From positions 4,511-47,490 of the forward strand of contig CAZMMO010000001.1 in the NCBI GenBank assembly GCA_964567365.1: 42,980 bases of DNA, in the 5' to 3' direction. The DNA comes from an uncultured Rhodanobacteraceae bacterium (lineage in GTDB: Bacteria; Pseudomonadota; Gammaproteobacteria; Xanthomonadales; Rhodanobacteraceae). Under the pieces are notes generated by a model, which did not search any database, was not told the DNA's origin, and saw nothing but the letters and a program-made list of their open reading frames with translations. The translations under genes and the position numbers were made by a program. Shown here one piece after another: positions 28,485 to 37,784 of the stretch. Within the stretch, counting starts at the first letter, position 1. Each line of letters begins with the position of its first letter.

Positions 28485-30305
28485 TCACACGTAGTCTTTG
28501 TATTTGTCGAGAAGGCGCACGGGTTTCGACAATGCGTCACGGCGGAACGGGTCGCCCAATTCACGGGTACACATGATCTCGAGAACGCAGGTTTTCCCAC
28601 TGCTCATCTGCATGTCGACCGCGCGTTTGAGTGCCGGCCCGACATCTTCAAGCTTGTCGACGACGATGCCCTCGGCCCCCATTGCCCGTGCAACCTGTGC
28701 GAAGCTCGGGTTTTCCAGCTCATCGGCCACGAAACGGCGGTTGTAGAAGTCGACCTGGTTTTTTTTCTCGGCACCCCATTGACGGTTATGAAAGACGACG
28801 GCGGTGACAGGAATGTTGTGGCGCACGCATGTCATCGTCTCCGCCATGCTCATGCCCCAGGCGCCATCTCCCACGTACGCCACGGCGGGCCGATGGGACG
28901 CGGCAACCTTGGCGCCGATGATCGTCGGAAAGGCGTACCCGCAGTTGCCGAAACTCATCGCTGCGAAAAAGCTGCGCGGCTTGTCAAAACGCAGATAGCT
29001 GTTGGCGATCGAATTGATGTTGCCAATGTCGGTGGATACCATGACATCGTCCGGGAGGGCCTTCTCGAGCTCGCGCAGCACCTGGCGCGGGTGCAGATAT
29101 TGCCCATTCGAGAAGGTCTTTTCGGCCGCGTTTTCCGCGATCATGTCCAGGCTGTACGGATCGCGTTCGTGGGTCCACTCGTCGAGCTCTTTTTCCCACG
29201 CGGCTTTCTCCTGCGCAATCTTCGACGCGCGTTCGCTCTTCGTGGCATCGCAGACAAGGGTGCGATCGTAAAGACGCTTGCCGAGCGCACTGGCAGCCGC
29301 CTTGGCGTCACCGCATATTCCCACCGCGATCTTCTTGACCAGTCCCAGCATCTTGTGGTCGGCGTCGATCTGGATGACCTTGGCATCCTTCGGCCAATAA
29401 TCCAGGCCGTGCTGCGGCAGCGTGCCAAACGGGCCCAGCCGCGTGCCGAGTGCGAGTACCACATCGGCTTGCGAAATGAGCTTCATCGCGGCTTTCGAGC
29501 CCTGGTAGCCGAGCGGGCCGCACCACAGTGGATGGCTGGCCGGAAACGAGTCGTTGTGGAGGTAACTGTTGACCACAGGAGCCCCCAGGCGCTCGGCCAG
29601 TGCCTTGCATTCTTCGACGGCGTCACCCATGACCACGCCGCCACCGGAAATGATCACCGGATTCTCCGCTTTGGACAGCAGATCCGCAGCTGCGTCCAGA
29701 CTTGCCTCACCGCCGGGTCCGCGATCCATGTGGAAGGGCTGCGGGATTTCGGTGGAAATCTCCCCGTAAAAGAAATCGCGTGGAATGTTCAGTTGCGTCG
29801 GGCCCATCTCGGACATCGCACGATCGAAGCAGCGTGCGGTGAACTCCGCCATGCGGGGCGGTATCGTCACATGGCCCTGGTATTTGGTGAATTCCTGGAA
29901 CATCGGCAACTGATCGCATTCCTGGAAACCGCCCAGGCCAATCGTGCCTGCACCGGTCTGCGGGGTTACGATGACTACGGGTGTATGTGCCCAGAAGGCC
30001 GCGGCGATTGCGGTCACGCAGTTGCTGATCCCGGGACCGTTCTGGCCGATGACGACACCATGTCGCCCCGACGCCCGTGCGTAGCCGTCGGCCATGTGCC
30101 CCGCGCCTTGCTCGTGTACCACCGGTATGAAACGGATACCGGCAGGCGTGAAGATGTCCATGGCGTCCATGAACGCTGAACCCATGATGCCGAATATTTC
30201 CGTTACCCCGTTGGCGACCAACGTTTCCACGAAGGCTTCGGATGGAGTCATCTTTTGCACTCCGCGAACAGTTGACTGGTTCTTGGCTCCCGATTGGTTA
30301 CTCAT
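28485..30305 (-). CDS. xsc: Sulfoacetaldehyde acetyltransferase (ThDP-dependent)
   Basis: MTPSEAFVETLVANGV, FGIMGSAFMDAMDIF, HEQGAGHMADGYAR, QNGPGISNC, GDGAWGMS...NRQWGAEKKNQVDFY, ELGDPFRRDAL. Confidence 0.93.
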   Translation of the reverse strand: MSNQSGAKNQSTVRGVQKMTPSEAFVETLVANGVTEIFGIMGSAFMDAMDIFTPAGIRFIPVVHEQGAGHMADGYARASGRHGVVIGQNGPGISNCVTAIAAAFWAHTPVVIVTPQTGAGTIGLGGFQECDQLPMFQEFTKYQGHVTIPPRMAEFTARCFDRAMSEMGPTQLNIPRDFFYGEISTEIPQPFHMDRGPGGEASLDAAADLLSKAENPVIISGGGVVMGDAVEECKALAERLGAPVVNSYLHNDSFPASHPLWCGPLGYQGSKAAMKLISQADVVLALGTRLGPFGTLPQHGLDYWPKDAKVIQIDADHKMLGLVKKIAVGICGDAKAAASALGKRLYDRTLVCDATKSERASKIAQEKAAWEKELDEWTHERDPYSLDMIAENAAEKTFSNGQYLHPRQVLRELEKALPDDVMVSTDIGNINSIANSYLRFDKPRSFFAAMSFGNCGYAFPTIIGAKVAASHRPAVAYVGDGAWGMSMAETMTCVRHNIPVTAVVFHNRQWGAEKKNQVDFYNRRFVADELENPSFAQVARAMGAEGIVVDKLEDVGPALKRAVDMQMSSGKTCVLEIMCTRELGDPFRRDALSKPVRLLDKYKDYV

Positions 30306-30800
30306 AGGTCTCTCTCGTTGGTCTGTTTGCGGAAGTAACAGGCTTGGCTTGCTGCATGAATTTCTGGTGGCATTGACGAAACAACGTCAAGACGAGGTCC
30401 ACCCCGATGATGTTGCGCGCCCCGGTCCGGGAAACCACGAAGCAGGTTGTGGATTGCACGGAAAAATTGTGTGGTGCCATGGTTGTGGCCCCGCGTGAAA
30501 ACCGCAGCTGACTGCTGGCACAACCGCCCCCCGGCTGGGTTGGAACTATGCAAATTCAGATGCCAGGGCGAATTTGCGGATGCCGAAGATATTCCGAATA
30601 CTGAACCATGCCGACCATAATCGATGGAAAAATGCTTCAAGCGGAATGGTCCCCAAGGTTCGGGCATTCGATGCTCCGGCTCCTGGCGCCGTTGGACCTC
30701 CAAGCCGCAGGATGAGCAGGAGGTCGTGTGGGCACCGCAGCCTGGATCGCCCAGTTTCCTGTAACACGCAGTACAGGTTCGACTTGTTCATGGTGCCTTT

Positions 30801-30836
30801 CAATAGCCAGAATGGGCCAATAATTGATACCAGATG
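30801..30836 (-). promoter_or_regulatory. MocR/TauR-type direct-repeat operator, copy 1 (upstream of xsc)
   Basis: Plus strand CAATAGCCAGAAT-N13-ATACCAGATG; CCAG repeats 23 nt apart. Confidence 0.8.
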
Positions 30837-30966
30837 GAGCTGCACCGAGAACGCCGGGACCCGTCGGTTTGAGTCGGGCCGGATCGATTGCGATACCATT
30901 GCCTCGTGGCCTGAAATGGCGGTGGGACCCTTGGGCTGACTGGATGGGAGACTGAGGTATCCGGTC

Positions 30967-32430
30967 TTATTGCCCCTTGCCCAGGATCAGATGATCGAGT
31001 TCCTCCTTGGACGCGTGTCGATAGTCGCCTCCGTATATTGCGAATATCACGCATCCAAGTATCAGCCATAACACAAGTGCAATCCATTCGGGTTTATGCA
31101 GCGCACCGGGTGATCCCGGGATTATCAGCAGGCAAATGAATGCGATGCTCACGATGGTGCCGATCAACGCCACCAGTTTCTGGCGTGGGCCCACCTTGCA
31201 CGAGATTTTCGTTGGGGTGCCGTTCTTCCAGGTGAAGGACTTGTAGGCCACCAGACTGTAATAAAGGAAGGCGACCGATACGCCGACGGCGGACATGTTC
31301 ACAACCCACAACAATATGGCGCGACCAAACCATGGTGCCGTCATGCAAACCACGCAACAGAACAGGATGCCTACGTAGGGCGTTCCATGTTTCCGGTGTA
31401 GGCAGGAAAACACGGGGGGGAGCGCCTTGGCTCGACTCATCGCAAACATGAGACGACTGGAAGATACATAAAAGCCGATCAGCCCCGTGAAAATGCCCAT
31501 GCACAGTGCCACGATCAGTACCACAAGGCCGGTACTGCCGAGCACCTGTTCGACCACGAAACCGGTGCCCCAGACCTCGTGCCTGGACACGAGGTGCTGC
31601 CACGGCATCGACGACCAGCCTGTGGCAATTATCATGATGGCGTACTGCAGGGCTGCCACACCCAGGGCTCCAAGGATCAGGGCCGTTGCCTTGCGCGGCG
31701 CAAAATTGAATTCTTCTGCGGTTTGCGGCACCGAATCGAAGCCGATGTAGGCCCAGGGCGATATGGCTACCATCGCGGCAATCGAATTCCAGATGCCGAC
31801 ATGGGGGTGAAAAGCCGGCTGCAGGTTCGAAAATGACGTCGACGGTGATACCGCCATACCGAGAAATACTGCCAGGGTGCCACCCAATAGCACCACGCAG
31901 AGCCAGAACTGGATGCGCCCGGAGGTGGCCGAGCCACGTATGGTCAACAGGGCAAAAACGACCAGGACCACGGTGACAAGGATGACTTCCACGATATAGA
32001 CATTCCAACCTGCGATGGGATAGAGATACCCCTGCTCGATGAGGTCCGGTGCCAGGAACCTGAACAGCAGACCCATCGCCGAGGCATTGAGCGCGATGAT
32101 CGCAATGTAGCCAAGAAGTAGAAACCATCCGCAAAAGAAGGCGTGGTACCTTCCAAAACCCAGATACGAGTAGGTAAACGCGCCCCCGGTAACGGGGTGT
32201 GCGCGAATCAGGTAGCCGGTACTGATGCCAATGGTGCTGAGCAGGATTGCCCCAATGGTGAAGCCAATGATCACTCCGGCAGGGCCGGCGGCCGACATCC
32301 ATGTCGCTGGCAAGACGAAGCTTCCCCATCCTATGGATGCGCCAAACGCAATCGCCCAGATCCAGATCGGCTTGAATGTCTTGTTCAGCTCCTTGCGTGA
32401 TGCATCCAGATGTTGTGCTTGTGCATTCAT
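30967..32430 (-). CDS. APC-family permease, candidate taurine/sulfonate transporter
   Basis: FGASIGWGSFV, TGGAFTY, WAYIGFD, SRLMFAM, about 12 TM segments; GGAGGGG RBS; inside the xsc-pta cluster. Confidence 0.85.
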   Translation of the reverse strand: MNAQAQHLDASRKELNKTFKPIWIWAIAFGASIGWGSFVLPATWMSAAGPAGVIIGFTIGAILLSTIGISTGYLIRAHPVTGGAFTYSYLGFGRYHAFFCGWFLLLGYIAIIALNASAMGLLFRFLAPDLIEQGYLYPIAGWNVYIVEVILVTVVLVVFALLTIRGSATSGRIQFWLCVVLLGGTLAVFLGMAVSPSTSFSNLQPAFHPHVGIWNSIAAMVAISPWAYIGFDSVPQTAEEFNFAPRKATALILGALGVAALQYAIMIIATGWSSMPWQHLVSRHEVWGTGFVVEQVLGSTGLVVLIVALCMGIFTGLIGFYVSSSRLMFAMSRAKALPPVFSCLHRKHGTPYVGILFCCVVCMTAPWFGRAILLWVVNMSAVGVSVAFLYYSLVAYKSFTWKNGTPTKISCKVGPRQKLVALIGTIVSIAFICLLIIPGSPGALHKPEWIALVLWLILGCVIFAIYGGDYRHASKEELDHLILGKGQ

Positions 32431-32563
32431 GCTTGGTCCCCTCCGACCTATGCGATTGATTTCGGTGCACAATTGTAATGTTGAGATAAAGCCTGAGTAT
32501 TTATGGCCGATATTCCCACCATTCGTATATTCACCTTAGCGTCTGTTTACGCAAAGCACTTTT

Positions 32564-32599
32564 CAATAGCCAGAATATACGTTGGATGGATGCCAGACT
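32564..32599 (-). promoter_or_regulatory. MocR/TauR-type operator, copy 2 (upstream of permease 3)
   Basis: CAATAGCCAGAAT-N13-ATGCCAGACT; same 23-nt period. Confidence 0.75.
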
Positions 32600-32600
32600 G

Positions 32601-33638
32601 TCAGAGGGCCACCCCGGTCCGTGGCCGAGATGGCCTCTGATCCCGCGTCTGGCCCTGCACGACGGTGACTGCAATGGCATTGAACACGTCGTCGCTGCTG
32701 CAGCCGCGCGACAAGTCATTGGCCGGAAGTGCCAGTCCCTGCATCAGTGGCCCGACCGCGCTTGCACCCCCGAGCCGCTCGACGAGCTTGTAGCCGATGT
32801 TCCCGGAGTCGAGGTCTGGGAAAATCAGTACATTGGCCTTGCCGGCCACCCGGGGGTCGGAATGTTTGCGCGCGGCGATTGCGGGCACCAGCGCGGCATC
32901 CACCTGGACTCCACCGTCCACCGCCAGGCTCGGACAGCGTTCATGGACCAGCCGCGTGGCCTCGATGACTTTATCAACCCGCGAGTGGCTGGCGCTGCCG
33001 TGGGTGGAGAACGACAACATGGCTACGCGAGGCTCTTCTTCAAGCAATCTGCGTGCGCTGCCCGCCGCGGCCAGGGCAATTTCCGCCAGCTGCCCGGCAT
33101 CGGGTTCGACGACCAGGCCACAGTCGGCAAAGATCAGTGTTCGGCGCAACGGGTGCCAGGGCTGCGAGAAGGTCATCAAGAAGAAGCTTGAGACCAGTTT
33201 GAACGATGGGTCGAGCCCGATGATCCGGATGGCACTACGCACGACCTCCGCGGTAGTTCGCACTGCCCCCGACACTGAGCCATCGGCATACCCCAGACGC
33301 ACCATCAAATTTGCGAAACACAGCGGATCGCATGCCGCAACACGTGCTTCATCACGTGTCAGTCCCTTTTTCCCGCGTAATGCGAAAAGTTCCTCGGTGA
33401 ATTGTTCCATGTATTTCGACTTATCGGGATTGATGATTTCGATACCTGATAGGTGGATCGATTCCCGGTGAGCGGCTGCACCAATGCGTGATCGTGCGCC
33501 GATAAGCGTGATTCGGGCCGTGCCCGTGCGGCAGGCGCGTGCCGCCGCCCGTAGAATACGAGGATCATCACTTTCTGGTAAGACGATACGGCGCGGCGCC
33601 GCGCAAGCCTTATCGACGATACGATCCATGCAAATCAT
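32601..33638 (-). CDS. pta: Phosphate acetyltransferase (short form)
   Basis: [59 protein letters not shown]. Confidence 0.92.
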   Translation of the reverse strand: MICMDRIVDKACAAPRRIVLPESDDPRILRAAARACRTGTARITLIGARSRIGAAAHRESIHLSGIEIINPDKSKYMEQFTEELFALRGKKGLTRDEARVAACDPLCFANLMVRLGYADGSVSGAVRTTAEVVRSAIRIIGLDPSFKLVSSFFLMTFSQPWHPLRRTLIFADCGLVVEPDAGQLAEIALAAAGSARRLLEEEPRVAMLSFSTHGSASHSRVDKVIEATRLVHERCPSLAVDGGVQVDAALVPAIAARKHSDPRVAGKANVLIFPDLDSGNIGYKLVERLGGASAVGPLMQGLALPANDLSRGCSSDDVFNAIAVTVVQGQTRDQRPSRPRTGVAL

Positions 33639-33656
33639 GTCTTCGATTTGTCCATT

Positions 33657-35312
33657 TCAATTCAGGCGAGAGAATTGGATACCGCCACTGCGCCCCTTGA
33701 ACAGCCAGAAATGGTTTGGTCCAAACGCCAGGGTGTATCGGCCTGCCGCATAGATGTTTGCGGCAAGGGGTCGAAGCCTGTAGGTATGGTTCGTATCCAA
33801 GCGATTGGGATTACTGCCAAATTTGTGCAGAACCAGCCGATTGCCTTTGGCCGTGATTGTCCAGGTGACCTGCAGGGCCCTAGAACGGTAGCGACCCACC
33901 CGGCGCCGCGGATTGATGGCCGGTTTCGTAGATACGCGATGTAAAACGCCGCCTTTCTTTCCGATCTTCAACTCGGGTGTGCCACGTGCGTCGGAGAGGT
34001 ACACGGTCGCGATACTCCCCACGAACTCACCGGGCTTGGTACCGCGCGACCAATCCGATACCCGTTGATGGACGGGGCCCATAAAAGCTTTGCCACGCCG
34101 GGTATTGATTCGCCACAGCATGCGGTGATCGGCCGATGCGTAGAAACCCCTGAATGCGAGCAATCGCGATCTCACATCCTTATCTTCGGCTTTGTCTCTG
34201 GGCGCCGGCTTCGGCAGTCTGGTCAAAACGATGCGTGCCATCTTTTTCGTACGCATGGTGGGGCGTGTATGCGCACCGTTGCAGAGAGTGATCAATCCCA
34301 GATGCCGCTGAGGATACAGCTCAAAATAAGACCGGAACCCCCAGCTTGAGCCGACATGGTGGATCCGTTTCAGGCCACGATAGTCGTCCACGATCAATCC
34401 CGCTGCGTAGTGGATTTGCTGACCATCCGTGAGCCGTCCCCGGGTCTCCAAGTCCTTGATGAGGGACGGTCCTCCTACGGCGGGGTGCTCGAAATTGCCA
34501 AGCCATTTCGCGAAGTCACCCAAGGTGGTGTTGACTGCGGTGTTGCCGAATGCCACCCGATTGAACTTGTGTACCCGATATTTTCCTCTCTTTGTTCTCG
34601 AGTAATTGCGTGAGCGATAGGGGATGATTTCCCACGGATTTGTGCGAATAAGGGTATGTGTCATGCCCAGAGGCCGGAAGATCCGCTCTGCCGCGAATCG
34701 GGGGAGTGTCTTGCCCGTCACCCGCTTTACGATTGCGGCGAGAAGCATGTAGTTCGAATTACTGTATTCGTACTCAGTACCGGGAGGAAAATTCAGATGT
34801 CGCTGGCGCTCGAGCATAGCCAGGGCATCTGCCTGGTTGATGCGGTCAACGTTCAGCACTCCGGCCATCGGCAACAGACCAGTTACATCACGGATGCCGC
34901 TGGTGTGGTTGAGTAATTCCCGTATGGTCACTGGTGCCTTGTATTCAGGGATTTTCGGTAGATATTTCTGGATGGGATCATCCAGGGAGAGCTTGCCCTC
35001 CGCTTTTAGCAACAGGATGCTTGCTGCTGTGAACTGCTTCGACAACGAACCGATTTCGAGTACGGTGTGGGTCGTCATCGGAACGCGTTGCCCAAGGTCC
35101 GCCATTCCGAAGGCGTTGGCGTAGACCAGATGGCCCTCCCGCACCACCCCTGCTACGCATCCGGGCGTATGGTTATTCATGTCGGCGAATACGGCGTTCA
35201 GTCGATTCTGCATGGAGGCTGGCATGCTCCCTGTCGTACCGCACAAAGCGGGACTTGCGGCCATTAATAATGCCGAGAACAGCAGGCCGCGTGCCCAAGG
35301 TAATTGATGCAT
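33657..35312 (-). CDS. Secreted serine hydrolase, beta-lactamase/D-aminopeptidase family, with C-terminal extension
   Basis: Signal peptide, SxxK (GSLSKQF), LLNHTSG, FPPGTEYEYSNSNY, HVG at the third motif; Lys/Arg-rich C-terminal half. Confidence 0.88.
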   Translation of the reverse strand: MHQLPWARGLLFSALLMAASPALCGTTGSMPASMQNRLNAVFADMNNHTPGCVAGVVREGHLVYANAFGMADLGQRVPMTTHTVLEIGSLSKQFTAASILLLKAEGKLSLDDPIQKYLPKIPEYKAPVTIRELLNHTSGIRDVTGLLPMAGVLNVDRINQADALAMLERQRHLNFPPGTEYEYSNSNYMLLAAIVKRVTGKTLPRFAAERIFRPLGMTHTLIRTNPWEIIPYRSRNYSRTKRGKYRVHKFNRVAFGNTAVNTTLGDFAKWLGNFEHPAVGGPSLIKDLETRGRLTDGQQIHYAAGLIVDDYRGLKRIHHVGSSWGFRSYFELYPQRHLGLITLCNGAHTRPTMRTKKMARIVLTRLPKPAPRDKAEDKDVRSRLLAFRGFYASADHRMLWRINTRRGKAFMGPVHQRVSDWSRGTKPGEFVGSIATVYLSDARGTPELKIGKKGGVLHRVSTKPAINPRRRVGRYRSRALQVTWTITAKGNRLVLHKFGSNPNRLDTNHTYRLRPLAANIYAAGRYTLAFGPNHFWLFKGRSGGIQFSRLN

Positions 35313-35342
35313 GATCGTGATCCCGTGTAAACGTATGATTGA

Positions 35343-35600
35343 CTATCCAAACCGATCGGCGTACCGCTCCGTGTATTGCGACTGTCTGGGATTGATGATT
35401 TCGATATCTGACAGATCGATCGATTCCCGGTGGGCCATTTTCTCGATATCCAACTGCGTTCCGAGCAGGGTGGTCCGGGTCACGCCCATGCGATGGGCGT
35501 GTGTCGCCGCTTGCAGGATGCGGGGGTCATTGCCCTCGGGCAAAACGATGCGGCGCGGTGCCATGCGCGCTTGATCAACGATACGGACCATACAGCTCAT
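35343..35600 (-). pseudogene. Truncated pta copy (N-terminal 85 codons)
   Basis: 49 of the first 80 residues identical to the full pta by hand alignment, no gaps; stops 30 nt before the hydrolase start. Confidence 0.85.
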
Positions 35601-35956
35601 GTTCCTGCTTTTTTCCATATCGACCTGGATGGCCCGTAGCGATGAATGACAGTAGCTCTGAAATGTCAGCGAACCGGCTTGAATATCCCCCCTTCCGGAT
35701 CAGACCCGTGATTTGCCTTGCATCGGGAATCAAAGTGGATTTTTGAGTACCTGTTGCAATGAGGCGAATCCATGTCATTCGGCAGCTGGTAAATATCATG
35801 GGTGACTAATGCACGTGCTTGAAAAACGGGGTTGCTCGAACTACTATCCAAGTGCCATCCAAGGTGATGCCCGAAAGGCATCCGCAGTTTTTGTCTGCCC
35901 ACGCATGGAGTCTTCTGGTTCACCCTTTAATCAATCGCGGAATCCGGATTGCTGGT

Positions 35957-35992
35957 CAATAGCCAGTATCGGTCCATGCCACATACCAGATG
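35957..35992 (-). promoter_or_regulatory. MocR/TauR-type operator, copy 3 (between pta fragment-hydrolase-pta unit and divergent regulator)
   Basis: CAATAGCCAGTAT-N13-ATACCAGATG. Confidence 0.8.
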
Positions 35993-36161
35993 TGGCCAAT
36001 CCATCAGGGAGCTCTCCCGTGGGTGTGCTCCGCGATGGACGCTGGTGCTGTCAGGGGCCACGCCGCCGAAATGCCGGGACTTGGCTGGAATTGGATCCTC
36101 CACGCAAGTCCCATTGGGTATACGCGATTCAATACACCATCGGCTTGTTCCGCTTTCTGTC

Positions 36162-37670
36162 ATGCGTACCAATCAGACTTACTGCACTCTGACCTTCAAT
36201 ATTCGTCACGATAGTGACGACTCCCTGTGGATCCAGGTATATCGGGGCATCATGCAGTTGATACGCTCCGGCCATCTCGATCACCGGACCCCCATGCCGT
36301 CGACCCGGGCGCTGTCACGTAGCCTTGGGGTTTCCCGGACCACCGTGGTGGCCGCGTACAACAAGCTGGTGGACGATGGCGTGTTGGTGGCCCGCTCCAG
36401 GAGCGCCTATTACGTGGTCGAATCCGGATGCGGAGTCGACCACATGCAGGGTCCGCCAGAGCATGCCGCGACGGAATTGCGCCCTGCGGGTCCGGGTGGC
36501 AGGTCGTGGACCGATCGCATCCGTATCGATGTATTGGGGCAAACGAACATATGCAAGCCGGACAAGTGGTTCCTGTACGACTATCCGTTCGTCTACGGGC
36601 AACCCGACGTTTCGCTGTTTCCTCTGGAAGAATGGCGGCAATGCATGGTCGATGCCCATTCCCGCATGTACCTTGCGGAATGGATGTTCGATACCATCGG
36701 CCGCGACTGCAAGCTTGTCCGCAGTTACATAAGGGACGAGATTCTTCCGCGTCGCGGGGTTTATGTCCGCGACGAAGACATCGTGGTCACGCTTGGGGCG
36801 CAGCAAGCCCTGTATTTGTTGGGGCATCTTCTCGTCAGGCCGGGAACCCGCGTGGGTATCGAGGAGCCGGGGTATCCCGATGCGAGGAACATATTTTCGA
36901 TATTTGGCGCCCTTCTCGAACCGGTGGGAATCGATGGTGAGGGCTTGCGGACCGAGGCTTTGCCGGACGGACTGGAATTCCTGTATGTCACTCCGAGCCA
37001 TCAGGTGCCAACCGGGGTCACCATGTCGGACCATCGGCGTGACGAGCTTATCAAGGCATCTTACGAAAAGGATTTTTTCCTGATCGAGGACGACTATGAC
37101 AGCGAAATGAACTTCGTTGCGCATCGGTCCCCGGCGTTGCGATCGCTGGACTCGAATCGGGTTTTTTATACGGGCAGCCTGTCGAAAACAATGTTTCCGG
37201 GGGTGCGCATCGGCTACGTGATTACGCCGGAGCCCAGCACCAAGGCGGTGATGGCGTTACGCAGGCTCATGATCAGGCAACCGCCCATGATCATGTCATT
37301 GGCGGCGGGCCTGTTTTTCCAGCGGGGGTATTACGACGCGTACATCCGCGCTTTGCACGAGACCCTCAGGAAAAAATGGGTAAGCATGGCCGATGGAGTG
37401 AAACGTTATCTTCCGGGAATGGTCGATACGGTGGCGTCCGGAGGAACATCCTTCTGGCTTCGTCTGCCGCGTGTCCCGAGCCTGGGATCGGCTCTCGATG
37501 ATCTGCGGCGGAAAGGCGTTCTGATCGAGGATGGAGATTCGTTTTTCATGAAAAATCCATCGGAAGAGTACTTCTCCAGACTCGGTTTCATGTCGATCGG
37601 CGAACGCGACATTGTCACGGGGTTGCAGTTGATGAACGAGATGTTCAGAAAGCACGGCCTTTTGTCCTGA
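36162..37670 (+). CDS. tauR: MocR/GabR-subfamily GntR regulator with PLP-binding domain (TauR-like)
   Basis: MPSTRALSRSLGVSRTTVVAAYNKL wHTH, YDYPFVYGQPD, YVTPSHQVPTG, IEDDYD, GSLSKTMFPGVRIGY; divergent from the sulfonate genes. Start approximate. Confidence 0.82.
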   Translation: MRTNQTYCTLTFNIRHDSDDSLWIQVYRGIMQLIRSGHLDHRTPMPSTRALSRSLGVSRTTVVAAYNKLVDDGVLVARSRSAYYVVESGCGVDHMQGPPEHAATELRPAGPGGRSWTDRIRIDVLGQTNICKPDKWFLYDYPFVYGQPDVSLFPLEEWRQCMVDAHSRMYLAEWMFDTIGRDCKLVRSYIRDEILPRRGVYVRDEDIVVTLGAQQALYLLGHLLVRPGTRVGIEEPGYPDARNIFSIFGALLEPVGIDGEGLRTEALPDGLEFLYVTPSHQVPTGVTMSDHRRDELIKASYEKDFFLIEDDYDSEMNFVAHRSPALRSLDSNRVFYTGSLSKTMFPGVRIGYVITPEPSTKAVMALRRLMIRQPPMIMSLAAGLFFQRGYYDAYIRALHETLRKKWVSMADGVKRYLPGMVDTVASGGTSFWLRLPRVPSLGSALDDLRRKGVLIEDGDSFFMKNPSEEYFSRLGFMSIGERDIVTGLQLMNEMFRKHGLLS

Positions 37671-37784
37671 CGGGAGGATCCGCCGTGCATCCCCGTTCGG
37701 GAAGGGAATGGGAACCGGGTTAAACCCGTCTTCGGATCCGTTTTCGTTTTCCCGGCCTGTCGGTCGCGTTCGGCTGGAGTGTGT

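Noticed and set aside
28485-30305. Acetolactate synthase large subunit
   Set aside because: Xsc-specific motifs, no small subunit, linked to pta.
33657-35312. Antibiotic-resistance beta-lactamase
   Set aside because: Third motif is HVG rather than KTG, there is a long C-terminal extension, and the context is catabolic.
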